Origin: Pelagomonas calceolata
Taxonomy: Eukaryota
NCBI GenBank assembly: GCA_918797485.1
Contig: CAKKNE010000004.1
Location: forward strand, 62,001-126,000
Reading direction: 5' to 3'
Length of the DNA stretch: 64,000 nucleotides
The position numbers and the translations under genes are program-made. The notes beneath the pieces are model-generated. The model did no database searches. It saw only the letters and a program-made list of their open reading frames with translations, and had not been told where the DNA came from. This document shows, one piece after another, positions 1 to 11,191 of this stretch (the first letter of the stretch is position 1; each line of letters begins with the position of its first letter).

Positions 1-66
1 ACGGGCAGCCCCCGGCGCCACACGTAACAGCACCCGCAACAAAAGCAACAACGAGCGCCAAGCACC

Positions 67-1245
67 ATGGGCAAAAAAAAGGGCAAGAAGGGCAAGAAGC
101 AGCCCACGGAGGCCGAGCTCGCCGCCGCGGCCCTCGCTGCGGAAGAGGCGGCCAAGGCCAAGGCCGCCGAGGAGGCCGAGGCCATCGCGTACAAGGAGCG
201 CGTCGAGCGGCTCAAGGAGTCGATCAGGGCCAAGGAGGAGGACCTGGCGCGGCGCGAGACGGACGTAGATGCCGCCGAGATCAACTGGAAGAAGAAGCTC
301 GAGGGCCTCGACGCCGAAGTTACGTTGAGAGCGCGGTCCGGCATCGCGGCCGCCGAAGCCAGAGAAGCGGCGACGGCGCGATTGGCGGTAATGCGCGAGG
401 ACCAGGCCATGAAGCGTCTCTCGGTCTTCGCCGAGGCCGAGAGCAAGATGGCCGTCCGGGAAGTGGAAGTTAGTGCAAGGGAAGAAGCCATGGAAGCTCG
501 AGTGAACGGGGGCGTCGCCGAACATTTGGACACGATGCTCGCGGCGCAAGCCGACACGCGGGACGTCATGGAGGCGCGGCGCAAGGAGATCGCTTCACAA
601 TTAGGCGAATTGGACACGATCGAGAAGAGCTGGCGCGACACGGTGCTCAAGAAGGAGGCCGAGCTCGCGCAGCGCGAGCGCGAGGCGCGCGGCCGCGTCG
701 CCGCGTACGAGAAGAAGCTGCTCGAGCGGGACTTCACGCTGAAGAGGAGGCTCATGCGGGACATCCGCAAGGTCTACAACAAGGTCGTGGGCCAGGAGGA
801 GGAGTGCGCCGTGCGCGACCGGCGCATGGCCGCGCGCGAGGCCGAGGTCACGCAGCGCGGGAAAGACGTCGAAAAAATGGTCAAGGACGCGCGGTCTTAC
901 GAAAGGAGGGCCAAGAAGGCGGCCGCGGGCGCGACGAAGGTTGTGAAGGACGAGGACGCGCCCTGGGAGACGAGCGCGCTGGCGGCGACGGCGGCGGACA
1001 AGCCTAGACCGTACGCGGCGCGGAACCTCCCTCCCAAAAAACCTCCCACGCCGGAGCCCGACTTCGATCCGGAGACGGAGTTCTTCTTGACGGAAGCGGC
1101 GAACCTCGACCCCGCAGTCGACGCGACGCCCGACCTTCCGCCCGGGATCGACGCGACGCCCGACGCGAGCTGGGCGCCGAACATGACGTCTGCGCAGAAG
1201 CCCGCCCCGGCGGCGGCGCCGGTAAGTGCGCCGCTTAGTGCGTAA
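67..1245 (+). CDS. Coiled-coil protein of unknown function (392 aa)
   Basis: Long ATG ORF with high GC3, Lys-rich N-terminus, E/K/R/A-rich helical core and Pro-rich tail. Confidence 0.8.
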   Translation: MGKKKGKKGKKQPTEAELAAAALAAEEAAKAKAAEEAEAIAYKERVERLKESIRAKEEDLARRETDVDAAEINWKKKLEGLDAEVTLRARSGIAAAEAREAATARLAVMREDQAMKRLSVFAEAESKMAVREVEVSAREEAMEARVNGGVAEHLDTMLAAQADTRDVMEARRKEIASQLGELDTIEKSWRDTVLKKEAELAQREREARGRVAAYEKKLLERDFTLKRRLMRDIRKVYNKVVGQEEECAVRDRRMAAREAEVTQRGKDVEKMVKDARSYERRAKKAAAGATKVVKDEDAPWETSALAATAADKPRPYAARNLPPKKPPTPEPDFDPETEFFLTEAANLDPAVDATPDLPPGIDATPDASWAPNMTSAQKPAPAAAPVSAPLSA

Positions 1246-1400
1246 TACAAGAATCAAGAATTTTACTAGCCGCAAGCACGCGCGTCTGCTCGGCGGCGTA
1301 GGGGAGGACGCGCGGAACTTGGGAGCGCGCCGACTCCAGAGACCAGGGGATTCTGAGCGGAATGAGGGAATGGGATGAATTGCGCGACTCGGCGGAGCAC

Positions 1401-2798
1401 CTATAGAGCGAGCGCCGTCGCGGCGAACGCGAGGAGGGCCGTCGCGAGCGTGCCGCCCGCCCGCGTCGCCGAGTCCGATCCAAGCGCCGCGGTCGACGGC
1501 TGGGGCGTTGTGGGCTTGGGCGACACCGTTGGCTGGGGCGTCGGCTGAAACGTCCAGGTCGGACGGGGCGTTGGCTGCACCGTAGGAGCAGGAGGCGAGA
1601 ATACGTAGACCGAGCCGCCGCTATCATAGGGAGCCCCGGCCACGATGATGCCGCCGTCGATCGCCACGGAGTGGCCGAACTCGTCGAACGCCGCTGCATC
1701 GGCGGCCGTCAGCTTGGCCACCTGGGGGTACGTGGCGCCGCCGTCGCTCGTGCGGAAGACGTATGCCGAGCCCGAGTCCCGGGGGACGGGGTCGGCCTCG
1801 TAGGCCCCGACCAGAACGGTTTCGCCGTCGATCGCCACGGAGTGGCCGAAGAGGTCTTCCGAAGCGCCATCGGAGGCCGTCAGCTTTATCTCTGTGTGCG
1901 TGCTCCAGCCGTCGGTCGTGCGGTAGACGTAGGCCGCCCCCGGACCTTCACTATAAGTTTGCTCGGCCCCGACCACGACGGTGTCTCCGTCGATCGCCAC
2001 GGAGACGCCGAAGTTGTCGCCGTACGCGCCATCGGAGGCCGTCAACTTGGCCACCTCGTCGTACGTGGTGCCGCCGTCTGTCGTGAGGAAGACGTAGGCC
2101 GAGCCCGACATGGAGCCATTGTCGGCGTCGTACCAGGCCCCGACCACGACGGTGGCGCCGTCGATGGCCACGGAGTAGCCAAAATCGTCGCTCGACACGC
2201 CGTCGGAGGCCGTCAGCTTTATCTCTGTGTGCGTGCCCCAGTTGTCGGTCGTGCGTAAGACGTAGGCGGCTGCCCCACTCATGGTTCCGACCACGACGGT
2301 GTCGCCGTCGATGGCCACGGACCAGCCGAAGTAGTCCCCCTCCGCGGCGTCGGAGGCCGTCAGCTTTGTCTCCGTGTGCGTGGCCCAGTTGTCGGTCGTG
2401 CGATAGACGTAGACCGCGCCCCTTCGATTGTTCTCGAAGTAGGCTCCGACCAGAACGGTGTCGCCGTCGATGGCCACGTGTCTGCCGAAGTAGTCGCTAT
2501 ACGCGGCGTCGCTTGCAGTCAGCTTGGCCACCTCGTCGTACGTGGCGCCGCCGTCGGTCGTGCGGAGGACGTAGGCGGCTTCCCCTCCATAGGTCCCGAC
2601 CACGGCGGTATCGCCGTCAATCGCCACGGAGACGCCGAATTGGTCGCCCGACGCGGCGTCGGAGGCCGTTACCTTTAGCTGCCCGAAGTTGGCGGTGCTC
2701 AGGAGCCGGTTGCTGCCCCTCAGCACGCGGCGGGCGTCCAGCAGTGCCCACGCATCAGGTGCTCCAACAGCGAAGCAAATGAAGGCAAACGCGCGCAT
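1401..2798 (-). CDS. Secreted/surface FG-GAP (integrin-alpha-like beta-propeller) repeat protein
   Basis: About 6 repeats of KLTASD..D.FG.SVAIDGDTVVVGA..GAAYV; signal peptide MRAFAFICFAVG (ATG 2798); PT-rich stalk and hydrophobic C-terminus (GPI-like). Confidence 0.9.
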   Translation of the reverse strand: MRAFAFICFAVGAPDAWALLDARRVLRGSNRLLSTANFGQLKVTASDAASGDQFGVSVAIDGDTAVVGTYGGEAAYVLRTTDGGATYDEVAKLTASDAAYSDYFGRHVAIDGDTVLVGAYFENNRRGAVYVYRTTDNWATHTETKLTASDAAEGDYFGWSVAIDGDTVVVGTMSGAAAYVLRTTDNWGTHTEIKLTASDGVSSDDFGYSVAIDGATVVVGAWYDADNGSMSGSAYVFLTTDGGTTYDEVAKLTASDGAYGDNFGVSVAIDGDTVVVGAEQTYSEGPGAAYVYRTTDGWSTHTEIKLTASDGASEDLFGHSVAIDGETVLVGAYEADPVPRDSGSAYVFRTSDGGATYPQVAKLTAADAAAFDEFGHSVAIDGGIIVAGAPYDSGGSVYVFSPPAPTVQPTPRPTWTFQPTPQPTVSPKPTTPQPSTAALGSDSATRAGGTLATALLAFAATALAL

Positions 2799-3171
2799 TG
2801 TTGGCAGCCCGGTGGGGTTAAACTTGCAACTAAGAATCGCGGCGGCGAGTAAGGGCCGGCCAGAATCGGCCAGAGGCGCCAATGCACCCGCACGACAAAA
2901 AGAAGTTCTTTCCGTCTCCGCAGTGCGTATGGGATGGGCCCTTGGCGCCAGGGCCGCGGGCGCAGCACGCCACCACCGCGCCCGCACCACCACTGCGCCC
3001 GCGAGAAGAAACTACATCGGTAGAACTTATGAGCGCGCGATGATTCGGTCGCGCCGCGTTTGTTTTTGGTCTCCGCAGGACGTGGGGGGCGGGTCCGCGG
3101 GTGTTGGGGGGAAAGGGGTCGCTCCGGCGCCGGGGCCGCGCCGGGCGAGGAGGCCGCGCCGCGCCAAGGGC

Positions 3172-5497
3172 TCAGCAGCCCGGCAGCAGCACGGCCGTGT
3201 GGTGTCTCAATTTTGAGTTGAGGTGCAGCTTCGACCGGATAAACGTCGCGCAGTGCAGGTTCGCCGCCAGGACCTTGTCCGGGTCGAGGCCGTGCTGGTC
3301 GGCGATGCCAGCAATCGTCTCGCTGTCGTCGGCGATCCACCAGCTCCGCCCGTCGTGGCGCACGAGCGTCCCGACGTTGTGGGACCCCGGCGGCGCCTCG
3401 ATGTGCTCGCCGCGGCGCGGCCGCGGCGACGCCGCCGGCACCGACCGCGGCGATACTGAAGGAGGCGCGTCGTCGTCGTGGGACCGCGCGCGCTTGCGCG
3501 ACTCCTTGCGCTCCTTCGCCGCGAAGTCCCGCTCAAATTTCAATTGTTTGGCGTCGCTCCGCTCGAAGTTCAAAGGCTCATCGAACGACCGGCACGCGCC
3601 GGCCGCTAACAACATATCGCGCCGCCGCGCGGCGAGCTCCGCGGTCGGGTAGCGCTCATGGTCCAAGCCTCTAACGACGTACTTGCCGTTGGCCTGGCCG
3701 ACGCCGCGGAAGCAGCCCGCGGCGGACCGCGCGCACGGCGCCTGGTTGCAGCCCGCGCAGGACCGCCGGCCCGCGAGCTCGCGCCGCGGCCGGTTCCGCG
3801 GCGTGCTGTTGGGAGTCGGCGGCGGCGGCGGCGGCGCGCGCGCGAGCTCTTCTCGAGCTCTCGCCTCGCGCGCGGCCGCGCGCCGTCTATCTCTCCTTGT
3901 CAAGCCCTGGGCGCGCAAGCCACTTAAACAGTCCGGCGACGACAGCGTGACGACATCTAACCCGGCCATGGTCCGGTCGACCTCCGCGCGCTTCTTCTGG
4001 GACAGGTCCTTCCGTTTTCTCTGAGCTTCGACCTCGGACTCGGCGCGCCGCCGCTTGCGCTCTTCTCGCCGAGCGGCCGCGGCCTCGGGCGACGGGTCCT
4101 CCGGGGCACTTCGCGGCGTGCCGCGGTGTCTTTGCGAAGGAGACCCGAGGTCCGCGTCCGACGCGGCGCGGCTCCGCGTCGTCGTCGGCGGCAGCATCTG
4201 CGCGGCGGCGGCAGCCGAGATCGTGGCCTTGCGCCGCGCCGACTTGGGCGACTGCGGGACGGCCTTCGGCGTTTGTCTCGCGGCCAACGTACTCGCCTTC
4301 GGCGGCCGTCCTCGCTTCCGCGGCGCGCCGTCCGTTTGCGGAATGGCTAGTTGGAGCTGGGCCGCGCGCACGGCGGCCTGGGCGGCCGCGTCGGCCTCGG
4401 GGTCGTCGGCGAGGCCCTGCTCCCTTCTTGCCGCCGCCTGCTCTCTTCTCACACTAGCGGTGTCGCGCTGCCGCGGTCTTCTATCACTCCGCCGCCACTG
4501 CATCATGCGCTCCCAGGCGTCCGTTGCTGCCCTTACTTCGGTTTCGTCGAGCTCGACGCACTCGTCGCAGTCCTCGACGCGCGCGCGCCAGAGCTTCGAG
4601 CACCCGCACGTCTGATCCACGTCCCCGCAGTAAGAAACGACGACGCCCTGCCTCCTATTTCTCTCCTCGCCCCGCGGGTCCCAGACCATCAAGCTGACGT
4701 GGCGCCCGATGAACCGCGAGCCCGACGTGCGCCATCTCTCTCCAGTTCTTTCGTCTTCGAACGATTTCTCGGACGCGCATTCATCATCCGACGAGTCCCA
4801 CTCGTCGGCCTCGGGCGTCGGCGGCCGGCAGGAGGCTGCCGCCAAATCCTCGACGCGCGGGCCATCTAAACTCCGCTCGCCAAAGAAGCGTGATAGTAAA
4901 CCGCCCTGCTTGGGCGCGGGCGTGATCTCGCCACTTAAAGACGACGCGTCCTCGGAGGGGGCGTCCTCCTCGCTCTCCGATCTTTGGGGAGACTGGCCCG
5001 CGGCCTGCTGGCGCAACCGGTCGATCTCGTACATGACGCGCTTCTTCTGGACCGTCTCGAGCGCGGAACACCGGCTCCTCAACAGATCTTCGAGCTGCTC
5101 CGTCGGCGTCTCGAGTAGGAAGCGGCCCGTGATGTTGTGCTGCACGGCGGCCTTGGCTACTGTCGCATAGACGGAGCCTGTGTAGAAGAAATGTGATCTA
5201 CTGCGCGTGCGGCGCGTGCGCGTGGTTCGGTGCGATCCACGGCGCGCGTGGCGCGGCGATTTGTGGGGTCTCGGGCGTCTTAGGTATACTTTTTGGTACG
5301 TCTCGGTACGTTTTTGGACGTAGCGCGAAGACTCCAGCGAAAGGGGCGAATTCCTTTCGTAAAAGTACCGCTTGTAAAGTGTATAAGCTTCCTGATCGCG
5401 AAAGGGGGGCCAATTTTGAGTACAAACGCAGTTCCGCGCCTTCCCCCATCTCCCGCAGTTTTTCCGCCACTACTTCGCTGCTAGACGCCGCGCCCAT
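3172..5497 (-). CDS. Multidomain nuclear-type protein: SAM-like, Tudor-like, AT-hook, AP2-like, LysM; 2 exons (5497-5440, 5177-3172)
   Basis: Splicing 5439-5178 joins MGAASSSEVVAEKLREMGEG to SVYATVAKAAVQHNITGRFLL (SAM-like). Other motifs: PRKRGRPPK; FRGVGQ..YPTAELAARRRD..LNF; DSETIAGIADQHGLDPDKVLAAN. Confidence 0.75.
5178..5439 (-). mobile_element. GC-AG intron, probably a decayed Introner (262 nt)
   Basis: GC donor plus 8 nt, then a ctgcgt... TIR-like start; acceptor ttcttctacacag resembles tttccacacag. The phase-1 junction restores the frame. Confidence 0.55.
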
Positions 5498-6007
5498 CGG
5501 AAACTTCGCACAGGCCTTCGGCGCAGCAAAAAGGTGCCCGCGCTGGCCTGGGCGGGGCCGGAAAAAATCCAGCGGCGGCTGGCGGTGGCAAAAAGGGCAA
5601 ATCGCTATGGTAAAGCAATGATGCCACTAGGAACCCGAACTTTTTGGACGCGTCTGTTTTCCCTTGGATTTGATGTATTTGCGTCGCTAGGCGTGCCTTT
5701 GTACATATACTATGCATTTTTGTTACCAACCAACTTACCTTTACCTGGTTTGGTGATAGCATAACTCTTTGCGCTACGCACCACGAGCGAACGAGCGTCA
5801 AAAGTCCGACAGTTTGTCATTTCGTTGGCCTCGGACGCTGTGACATCGATAACGAGCCGCAATCTGCATCAGTAGGCCGTCGGAGCACGATACAAGACCG
5901 CACTGCAGCCCAGCCTCGAACTGCAGCACGCCAGACGCCATCGCCGCGACACGTTCTGGGCGCATCACATCACTCGGCACACATAGAGATCCTCCACAGT
6001 AGTAAAG

Positions 6008-6379
6008 ATGGTCCGCGGCGCCGCCAAGGCCGCGTCCCAGGAGCGCAACGCCAAAAAACAAGCCGCCATGAAGAAGTCCGGCACGCAGCTCGGCTGCGGC
6101 GAGAAAGCTCTAAGTCTGGACTGCTCCATCTGCAAGACGCGCATGCCGACGCTCCAGAATTTGAAGGACCACTTCGTGTCGAAGCACCCGACGGCGCCCC
6201 TGCCGGACGGCCTCGAGGAGGGTTTACGAGCGCAGGCCGAGAAGCGCGCCCAGGACCAAAAGTTGAAGGACAAGAAGGCGCCGCCCCAGGCCACGGCCAA
6301 AAAGAAGAAGAAGCAAAACGGCGACGCGGACTTATCACTACTCATGGAGGGGCTGGGGACGGGTAAGAAGAAGAAATAG
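6008..6379 (+). CDS. SERF/4F5-like protein with C2H2 zinc finger (ZNF706-like)
   Basis: MVRGAAKAASQERNAKK N-terminus; CSICK...LKDHFVSKHP. Confidence 0.85.
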   Translation: MVRGAAKAASQERNAKKQAAMKKSGTQLGCGEKALSLDCSICKTRMPTLQNLKDHFVSKHPTAPLPDGLEEGLRAQAEKRAQDQKLKDKKAPPQATAKKKKKQNGDADLSLLMEGLGTGKKKK

Positions 6380-6381
6380 CG

Positions 6382-6900
6382 TTACAACTCTTCACCGGAC
6401 CCGGCGATGGGCTCGCAGCCGTCCTCGTCGCAGCCGTCGGGGTACTCCTGGCCCTCGGGCCAGCGCCTCAAATGATCATCGCGGCACGCGTGCGGCGGCG
6501 CGGGAAAGCACGTCACGCGGTCGCTTCCCAACCGCTTGAAGTGGGAGAAGTGGAGCTTGATCTTCGTGTCCGGGTAGTCGTAGATGTCGACGGCCTCGAC
6601 TTCCGATGTGGGGTGGCCCTCCCTCAAAAACGCCTTGAATCTGTCGGCGACGGTCTTCGCGCATCGCGCCTCGCCGACGACGGTCCGGAACTCCGAGTCC
6701 TGGATCCAGCCGAAGCAGCCCAGCTCGTCCGCGAGCTTTTCGGCCGCGGTGTGGAACCCAGACTGCACGACGTGCGGGCCCTTCACTTCGTACCGGAAGC
6801 CCGCGAAGCGGTCGACCATGCGCCAGCCGACCAGCGACGGGTCCTGCGGCTGCGCTACTGTTGTTAGCACGGGCCACCAGAGCGCAACGAGGCGCGGCAT
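6382..6900 (-). CDS. Signal-peptide protein with acylphosphatase-like domain
   Basis: FRYEVKG..VQSGF...LGCFGWIQD...VVGEA...FKAFLREGHP follows the acylphosphatase pattern. Confidence 0.7.
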   Translation of the reverse strand: MPRLVALWWPVLTTVAQPQDPSLVGWRMVDRFAGFRYEVKGPHVVQSGFHTAAEKLADELGCFGWIQDSEFRTVVGEARCAKTVADRFKAFLREGHPTSEVEAVDIYDYPDTKIKLHFSHFKRLGSDRVTCFPAPPHACRDDHLRRWPEGQEYPDGCDEDGCEPIAGSGEEL

Positions 6901-7302
6901 GGTTCGCGCGTCGACAGGCGTATCGGTTGCCGGAATTGATTTGACTGGTGAGAACGGGAGCTGGGGCAGCCTCTACTGTCAGTTTATGAAGCGCACACAG
7001 CTGTAGAGGCTTGTGTGCCGAAAAGCGTGATTGCTAGTGTCTTACTGACGCTAGCAAGCACAGAGAACGCGGCGCAACCTGGCTATATATACGTGCCCCC
7101 GCAGCTCTTGACCGTGCTAGCAGCTCGCTGGACGCCGGCCCAGCCGCCGCACACGACGCGAGCTCTGTGTTGCGCTCCGGTCGCGAGCAATAGCAGCAAA
7201 CTCAATCACCAGTTTCTAACCTGCATCAGCCTGTTGCGGGGACCGTCCGCGCATAACTAAGCTGTTTAAGCCTGTTGCGGGACAATCCAGACACAACCGA
7301 AA

Positions 7303-8378
7303 ATGATGAGACTTCTACTCGCCTCCACACTAATCCACGTCGCCGCCGCGCTGGTGCCGCCCAGCACCACCAAGGCCCACACGTACCGCCCGTCGACGCA
7401 CAGCACCAAGGGACGGATCTGCCAAAATTCGAGCCCGCCGACGAACTGGGAGCTCGGCGAGCGCACGCGCGTCAAGCTTGTCCCGGGGGCGCAGCCAAAA
7501 AAGCTCCGGAAGAAGCAACGCCGATCTCGCTCGCCGATGCTCTACCCCTGTGAGACGGAGAACGGGGAAGAATGCTGGCTCCACGTGCCCGCGGGGCAGT
7601 CGCACCTCTCGGAAAGAAAAGATGAGATCCACGCCTACGTGACGGACTGCGAGGAAATCAACCAGTGACACCTTCGTGGGCCTCCACGCCATCGAGTAGA
7701 CGCGATGGCGTCTGGCGCCTAAAATTGACTTCCACACAGGTGACGGAGGTAGACGTCGACGACGCCGAGGGCGATATTCTTGTGCTGTCGCCGACGCGCT
7801 CCGAACAAACCGACAGAGCACCTGTCTCAGGGCCGCCGCACGGCGGTCGTTTATTGGATAAGCTGGCGAAGAACGATCCCATCGAGGGAACTGTATTGCG
7901 CATGCTGACCAAGGACGTGGCCCTCGTCGCCTGCCGCGGCGTCTACCGCAAGGCCGCGTCAGGATATAGAAGACAGGCGGCCGTGCTCCGGGAGGCGAGT
8001 GATTTGGCCGTGGGCGACACGGTCAACTGCTACGTGCGGCTCGTCGAGAAGAGCTCGGGCCGCCTCACGGTGTCGAGGGAACGCGTCGACACGGGCTCGC
8101 TGCGCAAGGAGCGCGTCGCCGCGCGCCTGCGCAAGAAGATCAAGCGCGGCACGCTCGCTCCTGGCAAACAACGCGTCGCGACCGTCGTCAACTACGTGGG
8201 CGATTTTCTACAAGTGGACGCCGGCGGCATTCTTGCCGACATCGATGCACCCGACGAGGAGGACTTCTCGGAGGGCGACCGCATCATGGTCCGCATCGAA
8301 AGCGTCGATGAACAGGCGCTGACGGCGACGCTGTCATACGTGGGTCTTGACGAGCTCGAGGAAGGCTTGGAGGAGTAA
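7303..8378 (+). CDS. Plastid-targeted S1 (OB-fold) RNA-binding domain protein; 2 exons (7303-7638, 7740-8378)
   Basis: Signal peptide; splicing gives ...EIHAYVTEVDVDD...; S1-like segments LAVGDTVNCYVRLVEKSSGRLTVS and FSEGDRIMVRIESVDE. Confidence 0.8.
7639..7747 (+). mobile_element. Introner, short subfamily: intron 7639-7739, element 7647-7739
   Basis: Perfect 8-bp TSD gtgacgga (7639-46 / 7740-47); TIRs ctgcgaggaaatcaa / ttgacttccacacag; splicing restores the frame exactly. Confidence 0.93.
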
Positions 8379-8438
8379 GCTTGTACAGTAATACTTTTGT
8401 AGCATAGGCGCGCGTCGTCCGGCGAACGCGCGATCGGC

Positions 8439-9917
8439 TCACCAGGGCGGGTTTGAGACGACCGCCGCGGCGATGAGGCGTCGCGCCGCCTCGTCGGCGA
8501 CGCGGGTCCACTCCGGGTGATCATCTTTCGGGGTGTACGACTGTCGCGCCCGCACAAACTGCCGCGTGATGCCCATCCACTTCTGGAGCCCTCCCTCCCC
8601 GTCAAATTTCACGCGCTTCATCGCTGGGTCGACCTGCTCCATGACGTCAAAGATCGGGGCGCGCTTCTTGCCGTAGGCTCCGACCTCCCCATCGACGGCC
8701 GCGAGAATGCACTCCTCGGGACGCAGCCGCCCGAGCGACGCCTGCGGCCTCGGCGCGAAGTGCGCCGCGGGCGCGTACTCGTGCGCCGTGAACCAGGACG
8801 CCGCGGCCAACAGCAAGTCCCCGTCCCACTTATCAATACCACCGCTAGCAACAGCGAACAGGAGATCGAGCGCGCGCCGCGAACCGCGGGACACGTCGGC
8901 GAGTGGCAGTTCCGCGAGGTACTCCTTCTTCTCCCCGGCTTCCTTCTTCTTCCAATCAAAGCCGGGGATGTCCTTCTTCGTCGGGCCCCGCGGGCAGTCC
9001 GCGACCGCGGCGGCGGCGCCGAGGATGAACGCGACGTCGGCCTCGGTCGGTGCGTAGCCCTGGGCCGCGAAAAACCAGACCAGGACGCTGTTGATGCCGT
9101 CGAGCGGCGCCGAGTCCTCGCAGGACACGATCAGCAGGCGCCGCAGGGCCACGAACAGGCCGCCCGACTTCGGGAACGTGAGGAGCTCGCGGAACGCCTT
9201 CGCGGCCACGTCCGGCAACCGCCGGCGCACGGCCTTCTGAAACTGGCTCTTCATGAGCGTCGCGCCGTTGGCCTGACAGCCCGATTGCCGGTAGGCCATG
9301 GGCGACCGCTGCCATTGTTCGCCGCGCGCACCATCCGCGTCGTAGGCCAGGTAGACGGTCGCGGCGGTTCCTGGTGCTTTGAGGTGCGTTTTGAGCTTCA
9401 CGACGCGGCGGTCCTGCCACTGGCGCGTGAAGCCGCGCTGCGGCGCCATCGGTTCGCCGTCCGCCCACGACGCCGTCAGCCGGCCGCCGGAGTTCCTGAG
9501 GACGAAGGAGAGCACGCGCGAGCCGGGCGCGGCGGCCGGCACGGGCGCCAGCGTCACACGCCGCGCGCCCACCGCGGCGGCGTCGCGCTCCGCGCGTTCG
9601 GCGAGGCGCGCGAGAGCTTCTGCGTAGCGCGTCTCGGTCCCTGGCTTATCGATGAGGTCCTTCGTCGGGAGGCCCGCCCGCTTGATCGTCTCTTTCATCT
9701 CCTTGATGGACACGGCGTCCGTCCGCGCGCGCTGCGCCGGTGGTGGCGCCGCGTCCTCCTGCGAGTCCGCCGTCAGGTCGATGGTGCGCTTGTTGTTCTT
9801 CGGCGCCTCGCCGTTCAGCTCGGCAGAGAGCCTTCGCGCGAGCGCCGCGTCGGATTCAACCGTGCTTTGGCGCTCGTCGTCGTCCGATTCGCGCGTGAGA
9901 TCGATCTGGTTCTCCAT
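8439..9917 (-). CDS. Protein with SIM/UIM-like N-terminal motifs and an MgsA/RarA C-terminal-like helical region
   Basis: IDLT motifs, ESDAALARRLSAEL, KSQFQKAVRR...LRRLLIVSCED; no Walker A seen. Confidence 0.6.
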   Translation of the reverse strand: MENQIDLTRESDDDERQSTVESDAALARRLSAELNGEAPKNNKRTIDLTADSQEDAAPPPAQRARTDAVSIKEMKETIKRAGLPTKDLIDKPGTETRYAEALARLAERAERDAAAVGARRVTLAPVPAAAPGSRVLSFVLRNSGGRLTASWADGEPMAPQRGFTRQWQDRRVVKLKTHLKAPGTAATVYLAYDADGARGEQWQRSPMAYRQSGCQANGATLMKSQFQKAVRRRLPDVAAKAFRELLTFPKSGGLFVALRRLLIVSCEDSAPLDGINSVLVWFFAAQGYAPTEADVAFILGAAAAVADCPRGPTKKDIPGFDWKKKEAGEKKEYLAELPLADVSRGSRRALDLLFAVASGGIDKWDGDLLLAAASWFTAHEYAPAAHFAPRPQASLGRLRPEECILAAVDGEVGAYGKKRAPIFDVMEQVDPAMKRVKFDGEGGLQKWMGITRQFVRARQSYTPKDDHPEWTRVADEAARRLIAAAVVSNPPW

Positions 9918-10129
9918 GATGGGTTGTCTGTGCTAGCTCCCACGGCCTTAAGGCTAGACAAATCCGCGCCCGCTGGCAGCACCGGTGGAAGGGTTACTGC
10001 GCCGCCAAGCGAGAGCTTCTCACAGTTGAGCGCAGCGTCAAACAAGCACCGAGTTAGAAAGGCCCTGTAAAACCCGACACATGACCGCTCGAGGCGTCCG
10101 TAAAAGGCAGAAAGTCGAATCACACCAAA

Positions 10130-11191
10130 TTACCGCACCCCAAAATACTCCTCCAACAAATCGCAGTCGCTCATGTCGATCGCGTCCGCGCGCTCCATCA
10201 GTTCCCGCCGCCGCGGCGAGAATTGCGCGGCGTTTTTGAACTGGCTATACCGCTGGCGCGCGCTGAAGCAGCCGTAGCGTAAGTGGGTTTGGTACTCGCT
10301 CTCGACGTTTTGTTCTTGCCGCCGCAGCGCGTAGCCGTCGCGCGCGTGCTTGGCACTAAACCCGTCCGCGACGTAATACCGAATGTCGGGCACAACCCCT
10401 CTAGACCGCGTCAGGCGCTCGTGCCGGAATTTGGCCGTCCGCTTCAGGGAGAAGGGCGGGTCGTACAGACTTCCACTATTCCCGAACATGATCAGACAGA
10501 GAAACAACAAAGGTATCAACTGCGCGACCTGCTGGCGCCAGTCTTGCGGCGGCGGCGCGCGCCGTTGGGTCCGCCGTCGCACGTGTTGTTGCGGGTAGCC
10601 GCCGCCAAAAAACATGTTGAAAATGTCCTCGGGAGACATCTCGTCGGCGTAGACGCCGCCGCCGGGTGGGCGTCTTCGTCTAGGAACGCCCATGCCCGGC
10701 TCGGGCTCGTCGTCGCCATACATGTCGTAGTGGCGCCTTTTATCTTTATCCGATAAGGTAGCAAAAGCTAAACCGATGCACTTGAACGCCTCGTCGGCGT
10801 CGGGCGCCCTATTTTTGTCCGGGTGGAACTTCAATGCCAATTTGCGGTAGGCCCGCTTGATTTGGTCTTCGTCCGCGGTCTTCTCGATGCCCAGCACGGC
10901 GTAGTGGCCGCGCCTTTTGGCCGCAATCACCTTCTTGACGGCCTCGACTTGTTGGGGAGTGAAGGCCGCCTTCGCCGGCGTCGCTGCCGGCTTGGAGGCG
11001 GCCTCGCGGGCGGCGGCGCCGCCCGTCGACGCGGACGCGAGCGTCCTCAACCGATCGACGCCGGCGAGCGAGCCGCCGGCGAGCCGCTCGGCCTTGTCGC
11101 AGAGCGAGAGGCACTTGGCCTTGTTGCCCTCCCTCAGGTACTTCTCGGCGAGGGCGCGGCACTTGAGCGCGGCGTCGCGGTTCGCCTCCAT
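10130..11191 (-). CDS. DnaJ protein of DNAJB12/14 type (J domain, TM helix, DUF1977-like C-terminus)
   Basis: MEANRDAALKC start; HYAVLG...YRKLALKFHPDKNRAP; QLIPLLFL transmembrane segment. Confidence 0.92.
   Translation of the reverse strand: MEANRDAALKCRALAEKYLREGNKAKCLSLCDKAERLAGGSLAGVDRLRTLASASTGGAAAREAASKPAATPAKAAFTPQQVEAVKKVIAAKRRGHYAVLGIEKTADEDQIKRAYRKLALKFHPDKNRAPDADEAFKCIGLAFATLSDKDKRRHYDMYGDDEPEPGMGVPRRRRPPGGGVYADEMSPEDIFNMFFGGGYPQQHVRRRTQRRAPPPQDWRQQVAQLIPLLFLCLIMFGNSGSLYDPPFSLKRTAKFRHERLTRSRGVVPDIRYYVADGFSAKHARDGYALRRQEQNVESEYQTHLRYGCFSARQRYSQFKNAAQFSPRRRELMERADAIDMSDCDLLEEYFGVR

Noticed and set aside
1600..2680. Regularly spaced DNA repeats that could be mistaken for a CRISPR-like array
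   Set aside because: They are the coding FG-GAP repeats; no unique spacers and no cas genes.
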